Positions 31,831 to 46,740 of a stretch of 64,000 nucleotides of DNA are shown in pieces. The position numbers were made by a program, and so were the translations under genes. How positions within the stretch are numbered: the stretch's first letter is position 1; the number at the start of each line of letters is the position of its first letter. The notes below the pieces were generated by a model. It saw only the letters and a list, made by a program, of their open reading frames with translations, was not told where the DNA came from and searched no databases. The DNA lies in assembly GCF_009914755.1 (NCBI RefSeq), contig NC_060930.1. One strand, given 5' to 3'. The DNA is from the human T2T-CHM13v2.0 reference genome, Homo sapiens.

Positions 31831-32741
31831 TGCAGACTAGAGTGGTGACAATTTGGTTGGATAGAAATAGAGGCATTTGAGAGATATTAGAATATACAGT
31901 GTTACAATTTTGGTATAAAATGACGAAGAAGGATAAATTAAGGATAGTAGTTATAACCAACATATATTAAATGCTTATTATAACATAACCATTCAACAAT
32001 CATTGTATTACCCAGTTCACATGCCCACACACACTAAAAACGCACACGCACACAATGAAAGAGACATATTATGTCCACATTACAAGTAAAAAATTTTAAA
32101 ATAAGTTTCAGAGAAATTAAATAATTTGCCTAAAGTTACTCAGACTTGCAGTGGTGTTATTGGGTTTTACATTTCACTTTGTGGCCTAAACGAGTGCACT
32201 GTGCTGATCTAGATTCCTGGATTGAACAAGCAGATGGCTGGGGGTGTCATTCTCTGAAATGAAAGCAGGAAATTGGCACTTGTTGGCAAATCTGGCAAGA
32301 TGGCTGAATAGGAACAGCTCTGCTCTGCAGCTCCCAGTGAGACCAATGCAGAAGGCAGGTGATTTCTGCATTTCCAACTGAGGTACCAGTTAGGTAACTG
32401 GTTAGGAAGCAGGTGCAGCACCTGGAGGGCAGGCAGAAGCATGGTGTGGCATCGCCTCACTCGGGAAGTGCAAGGAGCTTCCCCAGCCAAGGGAAGCTGT
32501 GAGGGACTGTGCTATTCACCCACATACTACACCTTTCCCACGGTTTTTGCAATCCGCAGACCAGGAGATTCTCTCATGTGCCTACACCACCAGGGGCCTG
32601 GGTTTCAAGCACAAAACTGGGTGGCTGTTTGGGCAGACACTGAGCCAGCTGCAGGAGTTTTTTTCATACCCCAGTGGCACCTGGAACATCAACAGACAGA
32701 ACTGTTCACTCCCCTGGAAAGGGGGCTGAAGCCAAGTGCTC

Positions 32742-32873
32742 TCACTCAGCGGGTCCCACTCCTATGGAGCCCAGCAAGCTAAGGACCACTGGCTTAAAAT
32801 TCTCACTGCCAGCACAGCAGTCTGAAGTCGACCCTGGATGATCGAGCTTGTTGTGGGGAGGGGCATCCACCAT
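32742..32873 (-). other. L1 ORF0-like antisense ORF, 43 aa
   Basis: MVDAPPHNKLDHPGSTSDCCAGSENFKPVVLSLLGSIGVGPAE resembles L1 ORF0 (MAGAPP..SDCCA..GVGPSE) at the expected antisense 5' UTR position. Confidence 0.6.
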
Positions 32874-35800
32874 TAGTGAGGCTTGAGTAGGCAGTTTTCC
32901 CCTGACAGTGCTAAGGAGGCCTGGAAGTTTGGACTGGGTGGAACTCAACACAGCGTGGCAAAGTGGCTGTGGCCAGACTGCTTCTCTAGATTCCTCCTCA
33001 CTGGGGAGGGCATCTCTGAAAGAAAGGCAGCAGTCCCAGTCAGGGGCTTAGAGATAAAACTCCCATCTTCCTGGGACAGAGCACCTGGGGGAAGGGGCAG
33101 CTGTGGGCGCAGCTTCATCAGACTTAAGCATTCCTGCCTGCCGGCTCTGAAGAGAACAGTGGATTCTGACAAGGAGGGTTCTCCCAGCACAGCGCTCAAG
33201 CTCTGCTAAGGGACAGACTGCCTCTGCCAGTGAATCCCTGACCCCAGTGCCTACTGACTGAGAGAGACTCCCCAACAGGGGTTGACAGACACCTCATAGA
33301 GGAGAGTCCAGCTGGCACTGGGCTTCCCTTTGGGATGAAGCTTCCAGAGGAAGAAGCAGGCAGTAATAGTTGCCGTTCTGCAGCCTCCACCGGTGATACT
33401 CAGGCAAATAGGGTCTGGAGTGAACCTTGAGCAAACTGCAGCAGACCTGCAGAAGAGGGGCCTGACTGGTAGAAGAAAAACTAACAAACAGAAAGCAATA
33501 ACATCAACATCAACGAAAAGGACCCCCACACAAAATCCCATCCAAAGGTCATCAACCTCAAAGATCAAAGGTAGATAAATCCACGAAGATGAGGAAAAAC
33601 CAGCACAAAAATGCTGAAAATTCCAAAAACATTCTTCTAGAGAAAAATGTCTTTTCTCCAAATGATTGCAACTCCTCTCCAGCAAGTGCACAAAACTGGG
33701 CAGAGAATGAGTTTGATGAATTCACAGAAGTAGGCTTCAGAAGGTGGGAAATAACAAACTCCATTGAGCTAAAGGAGCATGTTCTAACCCAATGCAATGA
33801 AGCTAAGAAATTTGACAAAAGATTACAGGAACCGCTAACTAGAAGTTTAGAGAAAAACATAAGTGACTTGATGGAGCTGAAAAACACATCATGAGAACTT
33901 CATGAAGCATACACAAGTATCAATAGCTGAATTGATCAACCAGAAGAAAGGATATCAGAGATTGAAGATCAACTTACTAAAATAAGGTGTGAAGACAATA
34001 TTAGAGAAAAAAGAGGGAAAAGGAAGGAAAAAAGTCTCCAAGAAATATGGGACTATGTGAAAAGACCAAACATGTGATTGGGTGGTATACTTGAAAGTAA
34101 CATGGAGAATGAGACCAAGTTGGAAAACACACTTCAAAATATTATCCAGGAGACCTTCCCCAACCTAGCAAGACAGGTCAACATCCAAATTCAGGAAATA
34201 CAGAGAACACCACTAAGATACTCCTCGAGAAGGGCAACCCCAAGACACATAATCATCAGATTATCCAAGGTCGAAATGAAAGAAAAAATGTTAAGGACAG
34301 TCAGAGAGAAAGGTCAGGTTACCTACAAAGGGAAGCCCATCAGACTAACAGTGGATCTCTCCGCAGAAAACCCACAAGCCAGAAGAGAGTGGGGACCAAT
34401 ATTCAACATTCTTAAAAAAAAAGAATTTTCAACTCAGAATTTTGCATACAGCCAAACTAAGCTTCATAAGTGCAGGAGAAATAAAATCATTTACAGACAA
34501 GCAAATGCTGAGGGATTATGTCACCACCAGGCCTGCTTTACAAGAGCTCCTAAAGGAAGCACTAAACAGGGAAAGGAAAAAGTAGTACCAGCCACTGCAA
34601 AAACACACCGTAATATAAAAACCAAAGACACTATGAAGAAACTGCATCAACTAATGTTCAAAGTAACCAACTAGCATCATGATGAATGGATCAAATTCAC
34701 ACTAACAATATTAATCTTAAATGTAAATGGGCTGAATGTCCCAATTAAAAGACACAGACTGGCAAATTGAATAAAGTGTCAAGACCCATCAGTGTGCAGT
34801 ATTCAGGAGACCCATCTCATGTGCAAAGACACACATAGGCTCAAAACAAAGGGACAGAGAAATATTTACCAAGCAAATGGAAAGAGAAAAAAAAAGCAGG
34901 GGTTGCAATCCTAGTCTCTGATAAAACAGAATTTAAACCGACAGAGATCAAAAAAGACAAAGAAAGGCATTACACAATGGTAAAGGGATCAATGCAACAA
35001 GAAGAGCTAACTATCCTAAATACATATGCACCCAATAAAGGAGCACCCAGATTCATAAAACAAGTTCTTACAGACCTACAAAAGACTTAGACTCCCATAC
35101 AATAATAATGGAAGACTTTAACACTCCACTGTCAATATTAGACAGATCAATGAGACAGAAAATTATCAAGAATATTCAGGACTTGAATTCAGCTCTGGAC
35201 CAAGCAGACCTAATAGACATCTACTGAACTCTCCACCCCAAATCAACAGAATATACATTCTTCTCAGCACCACATAGCAATTATTCTAAAATCGACCACA
35301 TAATTGGAAGTAAAACACTCCTCAGCAAATGCAAAAGAATGGAAATCAAAACAAACAGTCTCTCAGACCACAGTGCAATCAAATTAGAACTCAGCATTAA
35401 GAAACTCACTCAAAACCTCACAACTACATGAAACCTCACAATTACATTAACAACCTGCTCCTGAATGACTACTGGGTAAATAATGAAATTAAGGGAGGAA
35501 TAATGAAGTTATTTGAAACCAGTGAGAACAAAGAGACAATAAACTATAATCTCAGGGACACAGCTAGAGCAGTGTTAAGAGAAAAATTTAGAGCACTAAA
35601 TGCCCACGTCAGAAAGCAGGAAAGATTTAAAATCGACCCCCTAACATCACAATTAAAAGAGCTAAAGAAGCAAGAGCAAACACATTCAAAAGCTAGCAGA
35701 AGACAAGAAATAACTAAGATCAGAGCAGAACTGAAGGAGATAGAGACACGAAAAACCCTTCAAAACATCAGTGAATGCAGGAGCTGGTTATTTGAGAAGA

Positions 35801-36451
35801 TTAACAAAAGAGATAGACTGCTAGCCAGACTAGTAAAGAAGAAAAGAGAGAAGAATCAAATAGACACAATAAAAAATGGTAAAGGAGTTATCACCACTGA
35901 TCCCACAGTAATAGAAACTACCATGAGAGAATACTATAAATATCTCTATGCAAATAAACTAGAAAATCTAGAAGAAATGGATAAATTCCTGGACACATAC
36001 ACCCTTCCAAGCCTAAACCAGGAAGAAGTCGAATCCCTGAATAGACCAATAACAAGTACTGAAATTGAGGCAGTAATTAGTAGCCTAAAAAAACAAAAAA
36101 TCTCCAGGATCTGATGGATTCATGGCTGAATTCTACCAGAGGTACAAAGAGGAGCTGGTACCATTCGTTTTGAAACTATTCCAAACAATAAAAAAGAGGG
36201 ACTCCTCTCTAGCTCATTTTATGAGGCCAGCATCATCCTGATACCAAAACCTGGCAAAGACACAACAAAAAAAGAAAATTTCAGTCCAATATCCCTAATG
36301 AACCTCGATGCAAAAATGCTCAATAAACTACTGGCAAACCAAATCCAGCAGCACATCAAAAATCTTATCCACTACAATCAAGTCGGCTTCATACCTGGGA
36401 TAAAAGGCTGGTTCAACATACACAAATCAATAAACATAATCTATCACATAA

Positions 36452-36571
<120 letters not shown>

Positions 36572-37289
36572 TAAAAAAAGACCTATTCACAACAAACCCA
36601 TAGCCAATATCATAATGAATGGGCAAAAGCTGGAAGCGTACTCTTTGAAAACCTGCACAAGTCAAGGATGCCCTCTCTCACCACTCCTATTCCACATAGT
36701 ATTGGAAGTTCTGCCCAGGGCAATCAGGCAAGAGAAAGAAATAAATGGTATTCAAATAGGAAGAGAGGAAGTCTAATTGCCTCTGTTTGCAGATGACATA
36801 ATTGTATATTTAGAAAACCCCATCATCTCAGCCCAAAACTCCTTAGGCTGATGAGCCACTTCAGCAAAGTCTCAGGATACAAAATCAATGTGCAAAAATT
36901 ACAAGCATTCCTATACACCAATAATAGACAAGCAGAAAGCTGAATCATGAGTGAACTCCCATTCACAATTACCATAAAAAAATAAGATACCTAGGAATAC
37001 AACTTACAAGGGATGTGATGGACCTCTTTAAGGAGAATTACAAACTGCTTCTCAAGGAAATAAGAGAGGACACAAATGAAGAGAAAAAAATTCCATGGTC
37101 ATGGATACGAAGAATCAATACTGTGTAAATGGCCATACTGCCCAAAGTAATTTATAGATTCAATGCTATTCCCATCAAGCTACCATTGATTTTCTTCTCA
37201 GAACTAGAAAAAACGACTTTAAATTTCATATGGAACCAAAAAAAGAGCCCGTATAGCCAAGACAATCCTAAGCAAAAAGAACAAAGCTG

Positions 37290-37648
<359 letters not shown>

Positions 37649-40600
37649 CTACAAGGCTACAGTAACCAAAACAGCATGATACTGGTACCAAAACTGATAT
37701 ATAGACCAATGGAACAGAACAGAGGCCTCAGAAATAACACCACACATCTACAACCTGACAAACCTGACAAAACCTTTGTTTTGACAAACCTGAAAAAACC
37801 TGACAAACCTGACAAAAACAAGCAATGGGGAAAGGATTCTTTGTTGAATAATTGGTGCTGGGAAAATTGGCTAGCCACATGCAGAAAACAGAAACTGGAC
37901 CCCTCCCTTACACCTTATACAAAAATTAACTCAAGATGGATTAAAGACTTAAACATAAAACCTAAACCCATACAAACCCTAGAAGAAAACCTTGGCAATA
38001 CCATTCAGGACATAGGCATGGGCAAAGACTTCATGACTAAAACACCAAAAGCAATGCAACAAAAGCCAAAATTGACAAACGGGATCTAATTAAACTAAAG
38101 AGCTTCTGCATAGAAAAAAAAAAAAAAACTATCATCGGACTGAACAGGAAACCTACAGAATGGGAGAAAATTTTGGCTATCTATCCATCTGGCAAAGGTC
38201 TAATATCCAGAATCTACAAGGAACTTAAACATATTTACAAGAAAAAACAAACAACCCCATCAAAAAGTGGGTGATGGATATGAACAGACACTTCTCAAAA
38301 GAAGACATTTATGTGGCCAACAAACATATGAAAAAAAGCTCATCATCATGGGTCATTATAGAAATGCAAATCAAAACCACAATAAGATACCATCTCACGC
38401 CAGTTTGAATGGAAATCATTAAAAAGTCTGCAAACAGCAGATGTTGGCGAGGATGTGGAGAAATAGGAAGGCTTTTACATTGTTGATGGGAGTGTAAATT
38501 AGTTCAACCATTGTGGAAGGCAGTGTGGCAATTACCCAAGGATCTATAACCAGAAATACTATTTAACCCAGCAATCCCATTACTGGGTATATACCCAAAG
38601 GATTATAAATCATTCTACTATAAAGACACATGCATACGTAGGTTTATTGTGGCATTATTTAAAGTAGCAAAGACTTGGAACCAACACAAATGCCCATCAA
38701 TGATAGACTGGATAAAGAAAATGTGGCACATATATACCATGGAATACTATGCAGCCATAAAAAAGAATGAGATCATGTCCTTTGTAGGGACATGGATGAA
38801 GCTGGGAACCATCATCCTCAGCAAACTATCACAGGAACAGAAAACCAGACACTACATGTTCTCACTCATAAGTGGGAGTTGAACAATGAGAACACATGGA
38901 CACAGGGAGGGAACCTCACACACTGGGGCCTGTTGGGGAGTAGGTGGCAAGGGGAGGGAGAGCATTAGGACAAATAGCTAATGCATGCGGGGCTTAAAAC
39001 CGAGATGACGTGTTGATCAGTGCAGCAAACCACCATGGCACATGTACACCTATGTAACAAACCTGCACATTCTGCATATGTATCCCTGAACTTAAAGTAA
39101 AGTATATTAAAAAAAAAAAAAAAAAAAGGAAATCCAGGGGGAGATCATGTGTTCAGTTTTGGCCATGCTGAATTTGAGATATCTGAATATCTAAGAAAAT
39201 ATGTTTATTTGACATATTTTGGTATGTGGCCTCAGAGGAGAGGTATGTACTAGAGATACGAATTTGTAACACATCAGCATATAGAGGATAGTTGAAACTA
39301 CTCCTATGGATGGGAGAGTGTGAAGTAGGAAAAAAGAGAACACAGAATTGAACTTTCTCAGAACTAATTTCCTGCATGTAGAAGCTAAACTATGAGACTA
39401 AGAAGGAGAAGCATAAAAGTAGAAAGAAATTCAAGGAAGCACTGAATTACAGTTAGTGTATGAAAGAGTGCTGTTATTAAAAGAACTGTTTGTGAAAATA
39501 AGGGGCCCCATTTTTCTTGCCAGACCATTCCTCATGAGAAAAGCTATCCTGCAGAGAACTGCCCTCCAACACAAACATAGGTCATTATGAGATGGTATCA
39601 GCTGTCCAGTTCTCAAAATAGCGAAGGAGGACACACTTGGCTCAGCAGCCCACCTCCCTTCTCAGGGTTTCTTACACATTAAGAGAAGGAATTACTTTCT
39701 CCTGGGGATCTCCTGATGCTTTTGTTTTGTTACCCAAGTCCTCTATGTTCTGTGATCATTGCCCTTTACTTCAAAACATGCCTTTCCCATGTCCCTATTT
39801 GTGGGGAAGCTGTTGTGATAAAACGACTAAATGAAATAACTTAAACAATAATGTATTACTCCTCTAAGGTTATTTGCCTTAAAATAAGAATTTTCTTTTT
39901 CAGAATAGCCTCTTAATTTTAGTCATTTTTTTATCCACTCAGCCTGTATGTTTTTCTTCCTGCTTTCATTTCTGTCTGCTAATCTACATATTTTTAAAGC
40001 TCAGCTTAAATGCCTCTTTTCTCTTCAAGTGAAATGCTTCTGTCCCTTCCTGGAAAATCTATAGGCATTTGTTTCAATCTTGATTATGACACATAACACA
40101 CAACATACTTATTTGTGTGACATATCACTTGTTTGTCCATAATATCTTATGGTGCATATTCTGTCTTACTAATCTATTTCTCAATGAATTAATACGTAAC
40201 TGGGGACACAGTGGTCTTACATTCAGTAATGGATTACTACTGTTGGAATATAAGGCAGTATAGCAAAATTTTCCAAGAAAACAATTGTATTTCCTCCCTT
40301 TTTTACATACTTATTATGATGTAGAACTTGGAAAAAATGTTCAGACCTTACATATTATTTTTATTCTTATAACATTTATATTAGTTAGAGTAGAGGAGTC
40401 TGTAATTTATGGTGGATTACTTATAAGATCAAATAGTTAACAAGTAGTGAACTAAGAGTAGAAAAAAATTCTTCTATTTCCAAATCTAGAACAACATCCT
40501 GCAGCTGGTACTCAAATTGTGCTACATGGGTCATTGTTGCCTCTCATAGGCATAGATTGACCCTGAGACAGAATAGAATTCACCACGCAAAGCACAAGTA

Positions 40601-42669
40601 TTTCACACAGAGTTATAGGAAAATTACTGCTTTTCCAAGCAGCCATGGTCTTGACTCCTTACTAAAGAACTGAAACTTGATATAATACAAGGACAACTGA
40701 GAAAATGTTTTCAGAATTTCATATCATAGTAAAGAGCTCAAGAATGGCCTCTAAGAACCCACAAGGAGAGGCCCCCAGAAAATTCACGAGAATGTTTGCC
40801 CTCCAAGCTCAGTCTTGACTTTTTCATTTCCTTCTAACAGACCCAGTAGCTCTTCATTAAAGAGTGTTCTCAAAAAAGAGACCTTAGAAATTCAGAATCT
40901 TAAAATTTCAAATTTTCTCAAAATATACTATCCAATTTCTTACTAAAAACTGAAATCACATAGCAAACGTGAAAATCAGTGTGGCTAAAGCTCAATCAAT
41001 AATAGCTAGCATGCAAGGTTATTAGATCCACATGAAAGATGGTTTCTTGTGAGAAAGTCACACGAAGTGTGTTCCTGATACTATTCTCTGCAGTCCAGTG
41101 GCATTTTAGTCTCTTTTTGCAGAATAAATACACTGTCCTTTATTTAATAAAAAATCGGCAAACCAGCAGAGGGCTATTCTGAATGACATAAAAATTACCC
41201 AAAATGAAAGAAGCTTCCTGATTCACATACTCAGTAGGCTGATTGTCACCCAAAGCATGGGACAGACAATTTTATTATTCCCTCCTTTGGAACTCCTCAG
41301 GTCATTACACTTCCATCTCCTACACAGTTAGTCTCATATCCAAAAAGCAAGACAGAAAAGTGTATCTCTAAGAGCAATGAAGCTATAGTTAAGCAATTAA
41401 AAATACTTACTCACTCACCTGTGATTGGAGATATTGAGCAGAGATTACCATTCAGACTCTGAGAGACTGATATGGGGCTGTTTTTAAGAATACAACGAAG
41501 TAACACAAAATAATGTTCCCTACAGAGTCTGTGCTGATAAACTTCTGAGTGATGGGTTTTCTAGGTGAGTGCCAAGACTCTACTCAGTCCCTGAAGGCCA
41601 GTGCATGGGACTGGAGTGAGTAAGGAAAATGCCCTTTGGATTAAGAAGATCCCCACATCTTATGGGAATATTTCAAGAGCCTCGGAGACACACGTTGGGG
41701 ATCTTCAAGCACAAGTCCTGAGACTCACTACTTCTGGTTCCTGCTTCAACCCCTGAGCATCTATTTGTCTTCTAGTGGCTCTGTTGCCATCATAATTATG
41801 CTTCAGAAAGTGTCCTGTGGAGTCCGACCTGCTCCAGGTGGACCACTACCTCCTGGCCCACATCTGTCTAGTGAGAAACAACCCACATGCTTCCCCTATT
41901 AACACAGGAAATGCAGTTCTCTAGATTTTGCTTCTTGGCCATGTAAGAAATATCAGTCTTTGGACTCCAAAATTCCAGATGTAGAAATCAAGCTCTCTAA
42001 CTGGTTTTTCTCTCAGCTTAAATTAGGAGAAAGCATCCTCATTTCCTCCTGGAGGTGGGGGAAGCTTACATTGCACACTACTTCGCACTGAAGAAATATT
42101 CTTCAGCCACCGAAGACTGATTAGTCCTCCAAATATCTATTCCTTTGCATGTTATGTGTTCTTGAAGATGTATCAAAAACTCACTAACGAATATACAGTA
42201 TCCATATATTTTGTGAGAGATTAAATATTAATTTTGAGCATGACTTGTAAATTAAAAGTATAATTGCTTGATTAATTTTGATCCTATAATTATTTAAGAA
42301 TTGAGGCAGCTAAGTATGCCACTATCACATAAAAACAGAATTTCTGAATCCTTTGACCTCTAATGATTATATTGCCTGCCCTTTAAAATTAAGAATTTGG
42401 ATTAAAGAAGAGTTATTTCTCCCAGATTCATATGGTTCTTAATCATCACCTATGGCTTAAAATCAAATCTCAATTCTCAACAAATTAATTACCTACTAGG
42501 CATTATCCAGTTTCATCACTTGCTAAATTCTTACCGGCTGACTTGGGTACACACAGCAAGAGAGTTATCATCTGAAGATATCTATGAGTGGTTATTTCAC
42601 TCCAAAAACAGACGATAATAAATTTTGCATTATTCATTTATTGTATCTAACATTCATTACCAATAAGTC

Positions 42670-43985
42670 TTTTTAAATTTTTTTATTTTATATTTATTTT
42701 TAGTTTTTACTTTTTTAAAAAAATTCAACTTCTATTTTAGACATAGTGGATATATGTGCAGATTTGTTACATGGGAATATTGCATGATGTTCAAATTTGG
42801 AGTATGGATCTCACCACCCTGGTAATGAGCCTAGTACCTGGCTTGATAGGCAGTTTTTTAACCCATCCTCCCCCATCCCTGAAGCCTCTGGTAGTCCACA
42901 GTGTCTATTGTTCCCATACCTATGTTCATGTGTGCTCAATGCTTAACTCCCACTTATAAGTTACAACATGCAGTATTTGGTTTTCTGTTCCTGTGTTAAC
43001 TTGCTTAGAATTATGCCCTCCAGCTCCATCCATGTTGCTGCAAAGGACATTATTTTATTCTGTTTTTATGGCTGCATAGTATTCCATGGTGCATATGTAA
43101 CACATTTTCTTTATCCAGTCTGTCATTCCACATCTTTGCTATTGTGAGCAGCGCAACAATGAACATGTGAGTGTATGTATCCTATTGGTAGAATGATTTA
43201 TTTTATTTTGATATATACCCATTAATGAGATTGCTGTATTGAATAGTAGTTCTGTTTTAAATTATTTGAGAAATCTCCAGACTGCTTTTCACAGTTGCTG
43301 GACTAATCCACATTCCCACCAACAGCATATAAGCATTCCCTTTTCTCTGCAGCTTTGATAGCATCTGTTGTTTTTTGACTTTTTAAATAGTCATTCTGAC
43401 TGGTGTGAGATAATATCTCACTGCAGTTTTGATTTGCATTTCCCTGATAATTAGTGATGCTGATAATTTTTTCGTATGTTTGTTAGCCACATGTATGTCT
43501 TCTTTTGAGAGTGTTTTTTCATGTCCTTTGCCCATTTATTAATGGGATTATTGGCTTTCTGCTTGTTGACTTGTTTAAGTTCCCTATAGATTCTGGATAT
43601 TAGGCCTTTGTCAGATGCATTGTTTGTGAATATCTTCTCCCTTTCTGTAGATAGTGTGTTTGCTCTGTTGATAGTTTCTTTTGCTGTGCAGAAGCTCTTT
43701 AGTTTAATCAGGTCTCACTTGTCTATTTTTGTTTTTGTTGCCATTGCTTTTGGTGACTTAGCCAAAAATCTTTTGCCAAGGCCGATGTTGAGAAGAGTAT
43801 TTCCTAGGTTATCTTCCATGATTTCTATAATTTGAGGTCTTACATTTAAATCTTTAATCAATTTTGAGTTAACTTTTGTATAGGGTAAAAGGTAGGTATC
43901 CAGCTTCAATCTTCTGTATATGACAAGGAAGTTATCCCCGCACCATTTATTAAATAGGGAATCATTTCCCCGTAGCTTGTTTTCT
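42670..43985 (-). mobile_element. 5'-truncated older L1PA/L1PB 3' end
   Basis: Antisense L1 3' UTR and ORF2 C-terminus ([27 protein letters not shown]); T-rich tail. Confidence 0.88.
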
Positions 43986-44380
43986 TCTTATAAATCTAGG
44001 AGTTTGGGGTGTCTTTGCTTTTTATGATGTATAATAAGGGATTTACCAATAATGTGTGCTCTCTAACATTAAATCAGCTGTTTTTTTCCAGTGAATAAAT
44101 TGAGATTAAATGAGTGTACGTGACTATAAATGGCCATAACAAAAAAGAAATAGATAGGGTAGAGACAAAAAGGAAAAAAAATTTCACTTCCTTTTTAAAG
44201 ATGATCTATTCAGAATAATAAAAATGAGGTGAAAATAGGAAAATATTATTAAGAGCAAAATAATAGTAGAATCAACTCTTTTATAGAGATATACTCATAG
44301 AACAGAGTAGGAAAACAGGGACATCATACACTGAAATATTTGCTCTGTTTGTTTCTACAAAAAAAGGAGAAAAAAAGTTA

Positions 44381-44536
<156 letters not shown>

Positions 44537-44729
44537 TATAAGCATCAACCCTGAACAGTATTGCCAGCTACATATGTTGTACCTCGATCAGGAGTGACTA
44601 CATTAGTGCCTGTGATTTAGATTATATCACACTAATGTTATTGACACTAGAAAGTAGTCGTGTGTACCCACAACAGATAGGAAGATCTACATTCCGCAAC
44701 CTCAAAAATAATGATTTTTGTGTTTCATT

Positions 44730-46740
44730 ACTTGCCATAATAAAGTAACGAGATTTTCTCTCCTGATTAAACATCTAAAAAATGGAATAAAATATATAAA
44801 GCAATGATTTTAATACACTGTACAAGACAGGGTTGGGTATGTCCCATGACCCATCAGCCTGATTGGAACAGCTTGTAATAGACAAGGACTTAGGTGGAGT
44901 CCTGAGAAGGATATTACCTTAGTAGTGGGGGCTAAATTAATCTCAGAATAAACAATGTTCTGGATCTACCTTAACAAAAAAAAAAGTATGCCTCAAAATA
45001 AGCATAATAATTTAGGGGAAATACAGACATAAAAAGAGAGAGATTTTTTTAAAGACCCACATAGAACTTGTTTAAATAAAAAATACAAAATATAAAGTGA
45101 AAAATGCAGTGCATGGAATAAACAGTAGATTAATTACTGCAGAAGAAAAAATCAAGGAACTTGGAGATATAGATATAAAAACAATCCAAAATGAAGCACA
45201 GAGAAATCTTTTTAATAAAATGGACAAAGTATCAATGACCTATGTCATAATTTCAAGCAGTCTAACATATGTGCAAGTGGAGTACTAAAGAAGTGTTTGA
45301 TTAAAAACATTGAAGAAGTAATGACTGAGTTTTTCCAAATTTGATAAAATATATAATCTATAGATCCAAGAAGCTCAATAAAAATTAAATAGAATAAATA
45401 TTAGAAAACTTTACAATGAACATCATAATCTATTTGCTAAAAAAGTCATAAAGAAAAATCTTAAAATCAGCAAGAGAAAAATCAACACAGTTATTACAAA
45501 GGAATAAAGATAAGAATGGCAGCATGCATCCCACCAGAAATTATGTGAGACAGGTAATGGAGCAACAGCTTTAAAGCACATAAACAAAAGTCTGGCAATT
45601 TAAAATTTTATATACAGAGAAAACATCTCTTAAAAATAAGGGCAAAGTACTTTTTCATGCCAACAAAAGCTGAAGTAAATTATTACCAGCAGAACTTTAC
45701 TACAAGAAATAGTTAAGGAAAGTCTTTAGACAACAACAACAAAAAAATGATACGAGATGAAAATCAGTGTCTCCATGAAGGGACCAAAAGTGCCAGAAAT
45801 TATAAATATGTGTTTAAGTGTAAAAGACATTTTTATTATTTTTAATTACCTTAAAAATAATAGAATTTTTCAAAAAAAAACAGAATTGCAGTATCTTGGA
45901 TACTAATAACATAAGTAAAAGTAAAATGTGTGACATTAAAATCACAAAGCATGAGCAGGGAGATGGAAGTACAGTATGGCATGACTCTAGCAATACATCT
46001 TAAATGGTGTAATATTATGTGAAGAAATATTTTGTGAATTTAAAATGTACACTGTAAACCCCAGAGTAACCACAAAAATATAAAATAAAAAGGTATAAAT
46101 AAAAGGACAATAGTGAAAATATAATGAAATCATAAAAATATTCCCATAAAAAACAGTAAATGAAAGAAGAAGCAATAACGGACAAATAGGACAAATGAAA
46201 GGCAAACAGTTGGAGGACAAATTTAAATTTAATTCTATCAAAAATTTAGTTGGAGGATAAATTTAAATTTAATTCTATCAAAAATTTATCAAATTTAAAT
46301 TGTGCAAACACTCCAACTGAAACAAAGAGCTTGTCACATTGGCTTAATGGGTATGAAAATGCAGTTAGATAGAATGAAGAACTTCTAGTATTCAACAGTA
46401 AACTAATGCAGGGACAGTAATGTAGGTTTAGCTTGATTGTGGTAGTCTCTTCACAATGTATACATATACTAAAGCATCATGTTGTGAAGCCTAAATATAT
46501 GCAATTTTTATTTGTTAATTATACTTCAATAAGCTGGGGAAAAACAAGATATTTTCAATGGCTAGAAAAATCTCTCCCTAAAATTAAATACCCATTAAAA
46601 ATTCTCTTCAAGAATTAAGATTAACAAAAATGATATTCTAGATAAAAACTGTTGTGAGAAAAATTATCATCAGTACATTCCTGCTGAAGGAAACACAAAA
46701 GGAAAAAAAATAGGCAAAAATAAAGATTATCTCATATGGA
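44730..46740 (+). mobile_element. Old L1M fragments (ORF1 region plus a short 3' UTR piece)
   Basis: MKNAVHGINSRLITAEEKIKEL (ORF1 coiled-coil like); A-rich. Confidence 0.7.
46208..46287. repeat. 40-bp tandem duplication
   Basis: AGTTGGAGGA(C/T)AAATTTAAATTTAATTCTATCAAAAATTT twice, one mismatch. Confidence 0.92.

Noticed and set aside
37750-37818. CRISPR-like array
   Set aside because: The units are 9 bp, there are no unique spacers, and the context is a eukaryotic L1.
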